From positions 1,116,016 through 1,180,015 of the forward strand of contig JAGYKD010000001.1 of assembly GCA_018401695.1 (NCBI GenBank): a stretch of 64,000 bases of DNA, given 5' to 3'. The position numbers and the translations under genes are program-made. The DNA is from Flavobacteriales bacterium. Lineage in GTDB: Bacteria; Bacteroidota; Bacteroidia; CAIKAF01. Below the pieces are notes generated by a model. It did no database searches, was not told the origin of the DNA, and was given only the letters and a program-made list of their open reading frames with translations. Shown here in pieces: positions 53,285-61,026 of the stretch (within the stretch, counting starts at the first letter, position 1; each line of letters opens with the position of its first letter).

Positions 53285-54319
53285 ATGAGTACTCGCCTGC
53301 CTCTTTTTGCAGCCTTTTGTTTAGCCTTTTGTCTCAAGGCTCAACAACTTCCCCTCGGACAAGTCCCCGGTGGAACTTGGAGGAGTGCGGAAGCTTTGGC
53401 TCAAAAGGCAGGACAGCGCACCTTTAATTTGGCCGATTTACAATCCGGATTCCTTCGTTATTGGTCTATTGGGCAGCAAGCTGCTCCCGGTGACTCGGCT
53501 TTAGCCTACATTACCGCAGCTTTTGACACGCTTTCCGATGGCATCCAAGGCTATGTGCCTGCTCAAGACGGGGCTTTGGAGCTCGATTCGGTGGGTTGGC
53601 TCCTAAGGCACCAAAACCTGTCAGGACAAAACAACCGGTTGGTTTGTGAACTTATTATGTTGGATACTTCCGGATTTCCGGGAACGCAGCTTTTGCTATC
53701 GGACACCATCAGCACCAACCAGAGTCTAAGTGGCACCCAGGTTCAGCGTATTTGGTTCAAAACCCCTTATCGCATTGGCCCGGACACTTCTTTTGGCCTT
53801 CGCTTGCGCTTTGTAAACCGGGGTCCCGGCGACAGCCTTTGGGTAGCCAATTTGCATCCCATAAAAGACACTTGCCAAGGCCAAATTCAAGCGCTAAACA
53901 GCGATTTTTATCCCCAATCTTTTGGCTACTGGTTGGGTTATCAATTGGAATTGCCCAGCCCTTCGGGTGGAGATTTTTATGCCGATTGCAACGGAAATGG
54001 CCTATTTGACAGCCTGGTGGATGGCCAAAGTCCCATTCAATTGTGGGATGTGAGCCTAAGCATGCGCGCCTCTTATTTTACCGGATTGGCAGATGCCTTA
54101 ACGGACAATCAAGCCCCTCTTTTCTGGCCTAATCCGGTGGAAACAGATTTGCACATGCATCCGCAAACCGAAATAGTGCATCTATGGGATATGCAGGGAC
54201 GTTTGTTGCTGAAAGGCCAGGGTAACTACCTGTCTTTGCTAGGCATTCCCTCAGGAACCTATGTGTTGCAGCTCCACGTGGCGGGGCAAAGCCATAAAAA
54301 ACTGCTCATTAAATTATGA
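53285..54319 (+). CDS. secreted protein with T9SS C-terminal sorting domain, unknown function
   Basis: Signal peptide. C-terminus is …LWDMQGRLLLKGQGNYLSLLGIPSGTYVLQLHVAGQSHKKLLIKL. Confidence 0.5.
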   Translation: MSTRLPLFAAFCLAFCLKAQQLPLGQVPGGTWRSAEALAQKAGQRTFNLADLQSGFLRYWSIGQQAAPGDSALAYITAAFDTLSDGIQGYVPAQDGALELDSVGWLLRHQNLSGQNNRLVCELIMLDTSGFPGTQLLLSDTISTNQSLSGTQVQRIWFKTPYRIGPDTSFGLRLRFVNRGPGDSLWVANLHPIKDTCQGQIQALNSDFYPQSFGYWLGYQLELPSPSGGDFYADCNGNGLFDSLVDGQSPIQLWDVSLSMRASYFTGLADALTDNQAPLFWPNPVETDLHMHPQTEIVHLWDMQGRLLLKGQGNYLSLLGIPSGTYVLQLHVAGQSHKKLLIKL

Positions 54320-55281
54320 CGCGAATTATACTTTTTCTCTTAGGATTGGCTTGCTTTCAAGGCCTATGGGCGCAACAGAGCCCCAAAACAGCCCTTCCCA
54401 CGCATTTTAAAGGCCATGTGGGGCAAGGACCAAGCGTTAAGGCCGTAACCGACACCTTGCATGCCGACTTTTTGGAAGATCAAATCACCTTGTATGGCGC
54501 GCCCAACGGAGGTTTTTTGTCCGGCACCAGCGGCTATGGCGAATACGCCAAAGTACAGGAGTTTAAGGTGGACTCCGCCATTGGGGTGAGCGGTTTTTTG
54601 TTTTGGTTTGCCTACAAGGCCCAAAACTCGCTTCCCGAGGACAGCAGCCGCCTTGTTTTGGCTTGGTACGATTGCGATACGGCCGGTACCGTGGTAGACA
54701 GCAATCGGCTGTTTCCCAATCGGCTTTTAGCGGCCGACACCTTGTTTTTGAGCGATGTGGATACCTCTTCCATATTTGATGCCAGCGTCTATTTGTGGGA
54801 GCCTGAGGGCGACATTGCCATCCGGAATTTTGCGGCAGGAATCGTATTGGATTTGGTGCATTCGAGCGATACCATTGCTCTATGGAGCAGCACCGATGGG
54901 GACCCCAACCGCCCCAAAACGGCCTGGGAACAGTATCAAGGGGAGTGGACCCCCATATACCACAACTGGGGCGTGGACGTAGGCCTGAGTGTTTTGTCCT
55001 TGGTGGACCGCTTTGCCGGGCTTGATGCCTCGCCCAAATTATCGGTACGTATGGGGCCGAATCCGGCGGTAGACCATGTGGATTTGAAATTGAAGCAAGT
55101 CATAAATCAACCGAAAGTTAGCTTGTTGGATGGGCAAGGGCGCATGGTGCATTGCTTTGATGGCTTAGCTTCGGGGGACGCGTTTCGCTTAAACCTTTCG
55201 TCCATAGCTAAAGGTTCCTATATTCTGCTGATTTTCGAAGGAAGCACCCCCATTCATGCAGGCCGTTTGGTGAAGCAGTAA
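54316..55281 (+). CDS. secreted protein with T9SS C-terminal sorting domain, unknown function
   Basis: Signal peptide. C-terminus is …LLDGQGRMVHCFDGL…LNLSSIAKGSYILLIFEGSTPIHAGRLVKQ. There is a 4-bp overlap with the upstream gene. Confidence 0.5.
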   Translation: MTRIILFLLGLACFQGLWAQQSPKTALPTHFKGHVGQGPSVKAVTDTLHADFLEDQITLYGAPNGGFLSGTSGYGEYAKVQEFKVDSAIGVSGFLFWFAYKAQNSLPEDSSRLVLAWYDCDTAGTVVDSNRLFPNRLLAADTLFLSDVDTSSIFDASVYLWEPEGDIAIRNFAAGIVLDLVHSSDTIALWSSTDGDPNRPKTAWEQYQGEWTPIYHNWGVDVGLSVLSLVDRFAGLDASPKLSVRMGPNPAVDHVDLKLKQVINQPKVSLLDGQGRMVHCFDGLASGDAFRLNLSSIAKGSYILLIFEGSTPIHAGRLVKQ

Positions 55282-55524
55282 ACAAGGTTATGTGTTCTCC
55301 GATGGACCGGCTAATGGGTCCTAAGCTATCTGAGACCGAAAGGGAAGAAATCCGTGAAAAAAGGAAATGGGTGGAGGCGCAAGAGTTTTTGCGGAGCATG
55401 ATCATGACTTCGCAGTGGGTGTCGGGAGGAGCGGCACACTTGGAACGATCCGCATTCAGGAAACAATTCAGGCTGGATGGCCGAAGGGAAATCATACTCT
55501 AAGTTAAGGATTTCTACCGGAATA

Positions 55525-55612
55525 TGGCTAGGTGGTGGGGTTGGCTTTTGGCAGGGTTGGCTTTTGGCTTTTGGCAGGGTTGGCTTTTGGCTAGGTTGGC
55601 TTTTGGCTGGGG
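55525..55612. repeat. tandem GGTTGGCTTTTGGCA-type repeats (reverse-complement relatives of the GCCAAAAGCCAAC heptamer family at 24181-24852)
   Basis: GGTTGGCTTTTGGCAGGGTTGGCTTTTGGCTTTTGGCAGGGTTGGCTTTTGGCTAGGTTGGCTTTTGGC. Confidence 0.75.
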
Positions 55613-55618
55613 TTCGAG

Positions 55619-55697
55619 AAACGTTTACAAGCGTTTAATAAACGGTTTTGGCTTTGAAAAATGCGAAATTTGTCGTGTGGGTGGGCACGGAGTGCTG
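55619..55697 (+). repeat. about 80-bp direct repeat, copy 1 (TTTACAAGCGTTTAATAAACGG…GTGGGCACGGAG)
   Basis: About 80% identical to copy 2 at 56009-56087. Confidence 0.7.
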
Positions 55698-55800
55698 CAC
55701 AGGATAAAAAACCAGATGAATTCTATTTTTTGGAGAGAAACCAGCCGTAAAACTCCAAAAGAACAGCTCCATAGATGCGAAAAACCCCAATATAAAGCCT

Positions 55801-55935
55801 CCCGGCCCCAAGGGAGGACCCGCCGCAGCCGCTGCTTTGGTTTGGGGAGGCCGAGGAGGCGACCAAAGGAAGCCACCGCAGGCCCCCCAAACCAAGAAGG
55901 GGCAAGGCTGGCCGGAACAAGGGCCGGATAGAGTA
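55801..55935 (+). repeat. GC-rich dispersed repeat, forward copy
   Basis: CCCGGCCCCAAGGGAGGACCCGCCGCAGC…GCCGAGGAGGCGACCAAAGGAAGCCACCGCAGGCC…GGCTGGCCGGAACAAGGGCCGGATAGAGTAC, lying between the two 80-bp direct repeats. Confidence 0.6.
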
Positions 55936-56008
55936 CAAGATGCAGCTACGGAGGAAAGGCCCGAAAGAGGACGAAGGAGAAGGCATGGCTTTTGTCGCCG
56001 GCTTCGGT

Positions 56009-56087
56009 AAACCTTTACAAGCATTTAATAAACGACTTTGCTTTTGAAATTTCCGAAATTTGCCCTAGGGGTGGGCACGGAGGGCTA
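56009..56087 (+). repeat. about 80-bp direct repeat, copy 2
   Basis: CCTTTACAAGCATTTAATAAACGACTTTGCTTTTGAAATTTCCGAAATTTGCCCTAGGGGTGGGCACGGAGGGCT. Confidence 0.7.
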
Positions 56088-56184
56088 AAAAGTATAGAGG
56101 GCATTCTCGAACCCTTTACACACCTTTTTAGACACTACTGTTGTTCTGCTTAGGCTAACTACCACACCTGCCCCTTTTTGAGGT

Positions 56185-56712
56185 TTAGTCTTCCTTTTTA
56201 ATTTTAAATCCAATGGGAGTTCTTGGGGTTTCTTGATCTTTCACAAACTGCTTCAGGTAATTGAAAATCAGTTCAATTTTCTCGTCTTGTTTACCTACCC
56301 TTTTCCGCATACTTTCTACTTCAAGAAGCAATTCCTTATGCGTCAAAAGCATTTCTCGCATTTTGGTAAACACCCTGATAATTTGAATATTCACTTGGAT
56401 GGCAACGCCACTATTTAAAACACTTGATAACATGGCAACACCTTGTTCTGTAAAGACAAAAGGCAAAGTTCTTCGACCTCCCCATCTTGAGGTCACATTT
56501 TGTGACTTCAAGTCTCCCCATTGTTCGGCTGTCAACCGAAACATAAAGTCATCAGGAAACCTTTCTATATTTCTTTTTACTGCTTGGTTTAAAACTTTTG
56601 TCTCTACTTGATAAAGCTCTGCTAAGTCACTGTCTAACATAACTTTTATTTCATTTATTATGTAAATTTTACTCATTAATACCTCTTCAGGAATGGAAAC
56701 CTTTTTACTCAT
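56185..56712 (-). CDS. ORF6N-domain protein (KilA-N-related; mobile-element/phage-associated DNA-binding family)
   Basis: …KVMLDSDLAELYQVETKVLNQAVKRNIERFPDDFMFRLT…TSRWGGRRTLPFVFTEQGVAMLSSVL…; start is probably MSKIYIINE at 56676. Confidence 0.8.
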   Translation of the reverse strand: MSKKVSIPEEVLMSKIYIINEIKVMLDSDLAELYQVETKVLNQAVKRNIERFPDDFMFRLTAEQWGDLKSQNVTSRWGGRRTLPFVFTEQGVAMLSSVLNSGVAIQVNIQIIRVFTKMREMLLTHKELLLEVESMRKRVGKQDEKIELIFNYLKQFVKDQETPRTPIGFKIKKED

Positions 56713-57389
56713 ATTTGTTCCTAAAATTGATTTGGAAAAACTAAGCTCGCTCGGTTTAGGTGTCGCCGCTGCTATTCATAAAACGGAAAACAATGGACTC
56801 ATTTACTTATGAAGGTCTTGCTTGAAATTTATTAAGCAATTTTCCGGTGAACAAAGCTATGGACAGCCGAGGCGAAATCACACCCTAAGTTAAGCACTTC
56901 TACCAAATATAGAAATAGGGGATAGGTTTTTTGGCCCTCGCCCATATCAAATGTGTGCTCCGTGGCCGGCCCTTGCTCCAGGCTCTCTTGCACCAAAGCT
57001 AGCCGCCCTAAGGCTGTGGTGGTTCCGCAAAGCTCCACCTCCTCGCCCAAGGGCGGCTAGCTTGGTGCATCAAGCGGCCTTTTGCTGGGCCTTGGGGCGG
57101 TTTTTTTGAAGTTGATTAATTTTAGGGGAGCTGTTTCTTTGTTTGCTCATAAACGAAATGTAAGCTTTTGGATTTAATTGCCCGGTTTTGGCCGGCCACT
57201 ACAGTGCCATAACTCAAACAAGATGAAAAGATCCTTAAGCATGGCAGGATGTCTAAAGGCCAACAAAGTAAGCTTGGCGCAAATTTGCGGACGGATTAAA
57301 TGGCCGGTTTCAAAAAAAAAAATTCGGATAATGCTTTGTAGGATATGGCCGGGCTGCTATATTTGCACTCCTGAAAATCAGGAATGTCT

Positions 57390-57463
57390 TCCTCGGTAGC
57401 TCAGTTGGTTAGAGCATCTGACTGTTAATCAGAGGGTCGCTGGTTCGAGCCCAGCCCGAGGAG
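57390..57463 (+). tRNA. tRNA-Asn (anticodon GTT)
   Basis: Cloverleaf by eye: acceptor TCCTCGG/CCGAGGA, D-arm GCTC…GAGC, anticodon stem TCTGA/TCAGA with loop CTGTTAA, T-arm GCTGG-TTCGAGC-CCAGC, discriminator G. CCA is not encoded. Confidence 0.95.
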
Positions 57464-57508
57464 CTTCAAAATCAAAGGCTTACAGCGTTTTCGTTGTAGG
57501 CCTTTTTT
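57418..57508 (+). repeat. direct repeat copy 1: 3' 46 nt of tRNA-Asn plus about 45 bp downstream (attL-like)
   Basis: Near-identical (1 indel) to 59296-59385. Confidence 0.9.
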
Positions 57509-57541
57509 TATTTGCGCATAATTTGCGCATGAGGGTTGCTC

Positions 57542-57868
57542 TTAGTTGCTCTGTGTGGTTCCTTGGTACCGGTCGCCTCCGGGGTTGTGTACTTGAAAAA
57601 CTACTTCCGCCGGCCATGTCTGCGTAGATGTGTTGTCGCTTTCGGCTGCCGGCGGTGGCGTTACTAAGGCCAATAGCTTCACCATGATTTCAAGGTAGGC
57701 TTTGGGGTTTGTTTTTGCCAAGGTGTTTAGGCTTGCCTCCATTTTTTCGCCTTGCCCCTGCAAAGCTTGGCCGATTAACTTCCGGGCTTGCTCTGTAATC
57801 TTATTGGGGATTCCTTTACGGCTGCCACGTTTACCTGCTTTGGATCCGGTGTCGAAGTTGTATTGCAC
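57542..57868 (-). CDS. hypothetical small protein with a basic N-terminus (…KAGKRGSRKGIPNK…), possibly phage/mobile-element derived
   Basis: 108 aa inside the remnant element; KRGxxKG-type basic patch. Confidence 0.35.
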   Translation of the reverse strand: MQYNFDTGSKAGKRGSRKGIPNKITEQARKLIGQALQGQGEKMEASLNTLAKTNPKAYLEIMVKLLALVTPPPAAESDNTSTQTWPAEVVFQVHNPGGDRYQGTTQSN

Positions 57869-58184
57869 TTTCCGTTACTTTGGTTTTTGTGATGGTGTAC
57901 GATGGGTGCGAATTACTGTTTCAAAATGCTGCATCCATTTTTACCTGTTACATTTTTACTCCCCCCTATAAATAGGGGGGGAGGTAAATAAAAATCGGCT
58001 TTTAGGAAAAATTTTTAGGTAAAAGCCCTGAAAATCAGCACCTTTTTAATTGGTGGCAAGCGTATCTAAAAATGCACCAATACCAGCAAAAACCTTGTAA
58101 CACTTTGTTTGTCAATGACTTTTAAATAAATTTTACCTGCTTAAAAATGTAAAAATCCTTGATTATCAATAGGTTAAAAACTGC

Positions 58185-58622
58185 TTAAAAGCGGTATGAA
58201 AGGCCGATGCCGTTGTCTGAACTTAGCTGCAAACCTGCTTTTTTGATGTTATGAGCCCCGGAAATGAAAAATACCAAACCCGTAAGCCATACGGCACCGC
58301 CGGCGCCTATAATTAAAGGTATTTGACTGCCGCCTTTACCGCTATCTGCAAAACTTGCAGCTGCGGCGATTCCCGGGCCCGCTACCATAATCAAAGTACC
58401 TGCTAACATTTGATTGCCGCCTTTGGTAAGCAATTTTGCCGCCTCTTGAAAACGGGGAGGCTCTATTACAGGCTGCTGCATTACCAATGATTGCGGATTA
58501 TTACTTTCGGGCTGTTGGCAATAGCTGGCTATGCCGCAAGTAAGAAGTAAGACGGTAAGGAATGTACTTTTCATTTTAGAAATTTCTTTAAAAGTAGAAA
58601 AATCAAAAGTAGGAGATTTCAC
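58185..58622 (-). CDS. hypothetical secreted/membrane-anchored protein
   Basis: Probable start is MKSTFLTVLLLTCGIASYCQQ (signal peptide), with Gly/Ala-rich hydrophobic stretches near the C-terminus. Confidence 0.4.
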   Translation of the reverse strand: MKSPTFDFSTFKEISKMKSTFLTVLLLTCGIASYCQQPESNNPQSLVMQQPVIEPPRFQEAAKLLTKGGNQMLAGTLIMVAGPGIAAAASFADSGKGGSQIPLIIGAGGAVWLTGLVFFISGAHNIKKAGLQLSSDNGIGLSYRF

Positions 58623-58635
58623 AAAACGGCATGAT

Positions 58636-58902
58636 TCAACAGGCTACCGGCAACCATGTGGTACCGGCTAGCGTATAGATACCCATTCGCTGCATAGTAT
58701 TTAAAGCTTCAAGCTGCTTATTGCCTCCGATGGTTTGCCCATGTGCGGCCTCATAAGCTTCTCTAATGGCTTGTTTTGCCTTTGCCTTGGTATTTACACC
58801 TTGCCTTGGTAGATGTGGCAAAATAGCCCTTAATGCGCCTTCGCTTAGGTCAATTTTTCGCCCGGAACGTTCGGCCTCGGATACGATGGGCACGCCGTCC
58901 AT
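58636..58902 (-). CDS. hypothetical protein (88 aa)
   Basis: ORF only; no recognisable motif. Confidence 0.25.
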   Translation of the reverse strand: MDGVPIVSEAERSGRKIDLSEGALRAILPHLPRQGVNTKAKAKQAIREAYEAAHGQTIGGNKQLEALNTMQRMGIYTLAGTTWLPVAC

Positions 58903-58926
58903 TCCCCAAGTTAATTAACGACCTAC

Positions 58927-59150
58927 TCCCGTGGAGTGCAGAAATGAATACCCACATTGTTTGTGTTTTGCACCAAAACAAAGGAAACGAACATTTGCGT
59001 GGCCATCTTGGAACCGAGGCCACCATCAAAGCCGAAACCGTTTTGAGCCTAAAGAAGGAGGGCGAAGGAAGTTTGGCAAGTTGTGTGAAAGCCCAGAACC
59101 GGGAATTTTCACCGCTGTTCTTACAAAATAGGTCTTTTTGCTCATTTTAG
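58927..59150 (+). pseudogene. possible C-terminal fragment of a RepA/DnaB-like AAA helicase-primase (gene remnant)
   Basis: …IVCVLHQNKGNEHLRGHLGTEATIKAETVLSLKKEGEG… resembles the HHxxK…RGSSAL…D.V..L segment of AAA_25/RepA-like helicases. No upstream part is present. Confidence 0.25.
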
Positions 59151-59295
59151 CGGGGTTAGAAATTTGCGCATAATTTGTGCAAGAGAGTACGAAAAAGAGG
59201 AAAAAAGAGAAAAGAAATGAAAAAGAAAATGACCCCTTATGTATTGATTTACAACAAAAAGGGTGTTTTTGAAATAAGAAAAAAGGGAATTCCCT

Positions 59296-59385
59296 CTGAT
59301 GTTAATCAGAGGGTCGCTGGTTCGAGCCCAGCCCGAGGAGCTTCAAAATCAAAGGCTTACAGCGTTTTCGTTGTAGGCCTTTTTT
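59296..59385 (+). repeat. direct repeat copy 2: partial tRNA-Asn 3' half plus downstream sequence (attR-like)
   Basis: CTGATGTTAATCAGAGGGTCGCTGGTTCGAGCCCAGCCCGAGGAGCTTCAAAATCAAAGGCTTACAGCGTTTTCGTTGTAGGCCTTTTTT. Confidence 0.9.
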
Positions 59386-59415
59386 CTATCCCTCCATTTG
59401 TATTAATTTCACCCT

Positions 59416-61002
59416 ATGCGTTTTCTGTTCCCTACCCTTACGGCGTTTTTCATTTTTTCTGTTGGCCTATCCGCTCAATCCGTTGGCATCAACACCCAAA
59501 CGCCGGACCCCTCGGCCGCACTCGATGTGCATAGCACCCAAGGGGGCTTGCTGGTGCCGCGCATGACGGCCGCTCAAAGAAACAGCATCAATCAATCCGC
59601 CGACGGCCTACTGATTTTTAATACCACGTCCGGCTGCCTTGAAATTTTTTTCCAAACCATCGGTTGGCGAAGCATAGAATGCAATTGCCAACAAGCGCCG
59701 GCCATGCCCTCCGCCATTCAGGGGCCAAATTTGGTGTGTCCGGGTCAACAAGGACTGGTGTATTCTGTGCCCGCCGTGCCCGGCGCCTCTCAATACCAAT
59801 GGACGGTGCCGCAAGGGAGTCAGATTGTAGCGGGTCAGGGTACCGATACCATAACCGTACTTTCGGGCAACAACTCCGGAAGCATTAGCGTATTCGCTTC
59901 CAACAGCTGTGGACAAAGCGCTACGCAAAATTTCAATCTAACCGTGCAGGTACCTGATGCTTCTTTTTTTACTACTCCTTCCAGTCCGGCCATAAATTCC
60001 AATGTGCAATTCACTTCCGCCACTTCAGGGGCAAACAGCTACAGTTGGACCTTTCAAAATGGAACGCCGGCCAGCTCTATTCAAGCAAACCCTACGGTGC
60101 AATGGAGCCAAACAGGCACCTATACCGTTACTCATATCGTTTCGTTTGGAACCGGTTGCGCCGATACTACTACCCAGCAAATAACGCTTACCAATTGCCA
60201 ACCGGGAAGTCAGACCTTTAATTATACAGGACAAATAGCCACGTGGACGGTTCCTCCCTGTGCCGCAAATGCTACGATAACCGCTTATGGAGCTTCCGGG
60301 GGCGACCGTGCACAGAATTATTCCGGGGGCTTTCAGGCCGGGGGAAATGGCGCCCGCATTACCGGAGACTTTGTCTTGACTCCCGGCCAAACGCTTTCCA
60401 TATTGGTGGGAGGTGAAGGAAGTACCGGTTTCAGTGGTTCCAACGGCTCCAATGGCTCCGGGGGCGGCGGAAGTTTTGTTTGGGTCAATGGTTCCAATAA
60501 TTTATTGGTGGCTGCAGCCGGTGGTGGTGGAGCTGCCGATACGCCCGGCGGGAACGGTTCGGCGAGCAGCAGTCCCAGCAGCGGCGGGGGATCGGGAAGC
60601 GGCGCACCCGGCGTCAATGGAAACGGCGGCGGCGGCGGAAGTCAATCCGGCTCACCCGGCAATCCGGGCACCGGCGGTGGCGGTTGCGGCTGGCTTAGCA
60701 ACGGCAGCAACGGCCAGGTATTTTCGCAAGGTGGAGGTGGTCAACGCCCCTTGGCAGGCGGTGCCGGTGGTCAGGCAGGGAACGATGGCGCTGCCGGAGG
60801 TTTTGGTGGCGGCGGCGGAAGTGCAGGACACCGCGGTGCCGGTGGCGGCGGTGGCGGTTACAATGGCGGTCCCGGAGGCAACGGTTGGAGCGGCAGCTCT
60901 TGGGGCTCCGGCGGTGGTGGAGGTTCTTTCAATGGAGGTGCCAATCAAATCAACCAGTCCGGGGTGCAAAACGGGCATGGGCAGGTGGTGATTACGTGGT
61001 AG
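59416..61002 (+). CDS. secreted multidomain protein, paralog of 21823-23166: conserved N-terminal domain + two PKD/Ig-like repeats + glycine-rich (ALK/Gly_rich-like) region ending GQVVITW
   Basis: Signal MRFLFPTLTAFFIFSVGLSAQ, then …VGINTQTPDPSAALDVHSTQGGLLVPRMTAAQRNSINQSADGLLIFNTTSGC…, two PKD-like repeats, …QTFNYTGQIATWTVPPCAANATITAYGASGG…, and a long Gly-rich tail. Confidence 0.7.
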   Translation: MRFLFPTLTAFFIFSVGLSAQSVGINTQTPDPSAALDVHSTQGGLLVPRMTAAQRNSINQSADGLLIFNTTSGCLEIFFQTIGWRSIECNCQQAPAMPSAIQGPNLVCPGQQGLVYSVPAVPGASQYQWTVPQGSQIVAGQGTDTITVLSGNNSGSISVFASNSCGQSATQNFNLTVQVPDASFFTTPSSPAINSNVQFTSATSGANSYSWTFQNGTPASSIQANPTVQWSQTGTYTVTHIVSFGTGCADTTTQQITLTNCQPGSQTFNYTGQIATWTVPPCAANATITAYGASGGDRAQNYSGGFQAGGNGARITGDFVLTPGQTLSILVGGEGSTGFSGSNGSNGSGGGGSFVWVNGSNNLLVAAAGGGGAADTPGGNGSASSSPSSGGGSGSGAPGVNGNGGGGGSQSGSPGNPGTGGGGCGWLSNGSNGQVFSQGGGGQRPLAGGAGGQAGNDGAAGGFGGGGGSAGHRGAGGGGGGYNGGPGGNGWSGSSWGSGGGGGSFNGGANQINQSGVQNGHGQVVITW

Positions 61003-61026
61003 TTGTTATGAAATAGGGTAGTTGGT

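Larger units (their letters stand above)
57509..59295. mobile_element. decayed remnant of a tRNA-Asn-integrated element (no integrase retained)
   Basis: It is bracketed by the 90-bp direct repeats, and TTTGCGCATAATTTG(C/T)GCA motifs occur just inside both ends (57511-57534, 59163-59182). It is AT-rich and holds only small ORFs, one resembling a helicase C-terminal fragment. Confidence 0.45.

Noticed and set aside
57390-59385. Intact integrative element or prophage at tRNA-Asn
   Set aside because: Only 1.8 kb lies between the att-like repeats, and there is no integrase, excisionase or structural genes. It is interpreted as a deletion remnant.
59175-59534. 119-aa ORF spanning the attR-like repeat
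   Set aside because: It reads through a poly-purine tract and the duplicated tRNA fragment. It overlaps the start of the well-supported Gly-rich gene and has no coding signal.
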